This document shows positions 63,896-64,000 of a stretch of DNA of 64,000 bases, piece after piece. A model generated the notes under the pieces. The model saw only the letters and a list, made by a program, of their open reading frames with translations, had not been told where the DNA came from and searched no databases. The stretch spans positions 1,616 to 65,615 of the forward strand of contig CAYVOW010000003.1 in assembly GCA_964453585.1 (NCBI GenBank). Reading direction: 5' to 3'. The first letter of the stretch is position 1, and each line of letters begins with the position of its first letter. The position numbers were made by a program, and so were the translations under genes. Source of the DNA: an uncultured Micropruina sp. GTDB lineage: Bacteria; Actinomycetota; Actinomycetes; Propionibacteriales; Propionibacteriaceae.

Positions 63896-64000
63896 ACCTA
63901 GACCGAACGATTTACCCGGGCCCGCGTCCGGCGACTGGGGGCTGCGCTCTGCGCGGTAACCGGCCAGAATGCGGTGAGGCCCGAAGGGAGGGTGAACGGT

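Noticed and set aside
63940-64000. Cobalamin-riboswitch-like fragment (GAAGGGAGGGUGAAC) at the right edge
   Set aside because: It only loosely resembles the AGGGAA-NNN-GGUG-NNAAUCC core. The element would be truncated by the window end, so the B12 box cannot be inspected.

Overview
High-GC, strongly GC3-biased chromosomal segment of an Actinomycetota genome. It is densely coding (about 60 CDS). I could not recognise any rRNA, tRNA, CRISPR array, transposase or integrase.

Housekeeping blocks: pgi; Moco genes (ThiF/MoeB-like, moeA, moaC, MogA/MoaB); acs; xseA-xseB divergent from ispH; ilvA; rmuC; ychF; psuK-psuG; citrate synthase.

These blocks flank a ~23 kb cell-envelope locus (8.4-31.6 kb) that looks more AT-rich by eye. 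It encodes a teichoic-acid-type polyol-phosphate glycopolymer pathway: a TagG/TagH-like exporter, a GT-C membrane glycosyltransferase, two tandem TagE/TarM-like GT4 paralogues, a TagD cytidylyltransferase fused to a Gfo/Idh/MocA oxidoreductase, and a long TagF-type glycerophosphotransferase. Interleaved with these is an unusual set of exported phospho-ester enzymes: a PLD, an LGFP-Tyr-phosphatase, a CotH kinase and three EEP phosphodiesterases, two of which are FN3-FN3-EEP tandem paralogues.

The most unusual signal not explained by the ORF track is three tiny ORFs (27-31 codons). They have canonical Shine-Dalgarno sites, shared peptide motifs and shared TAGACT upstream motifs, and they sit in an AT-rich 0.7 kb gap between acs and xseB.

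Other observations:
- Two likely pseudogenes: an amber-interrupted LysE exporter and a frameshifted DUF2332 gene.
- A 44-bp tandem repeat upstream of ilvA.
- Several long palindromic hairpins.
- A PadR operator palindrome.
- TANNNT -10 boxes 6-7 nt from start codons, implying leaderless mRNAs.

All family assignments come from motif recognition by eye. No database search was run.
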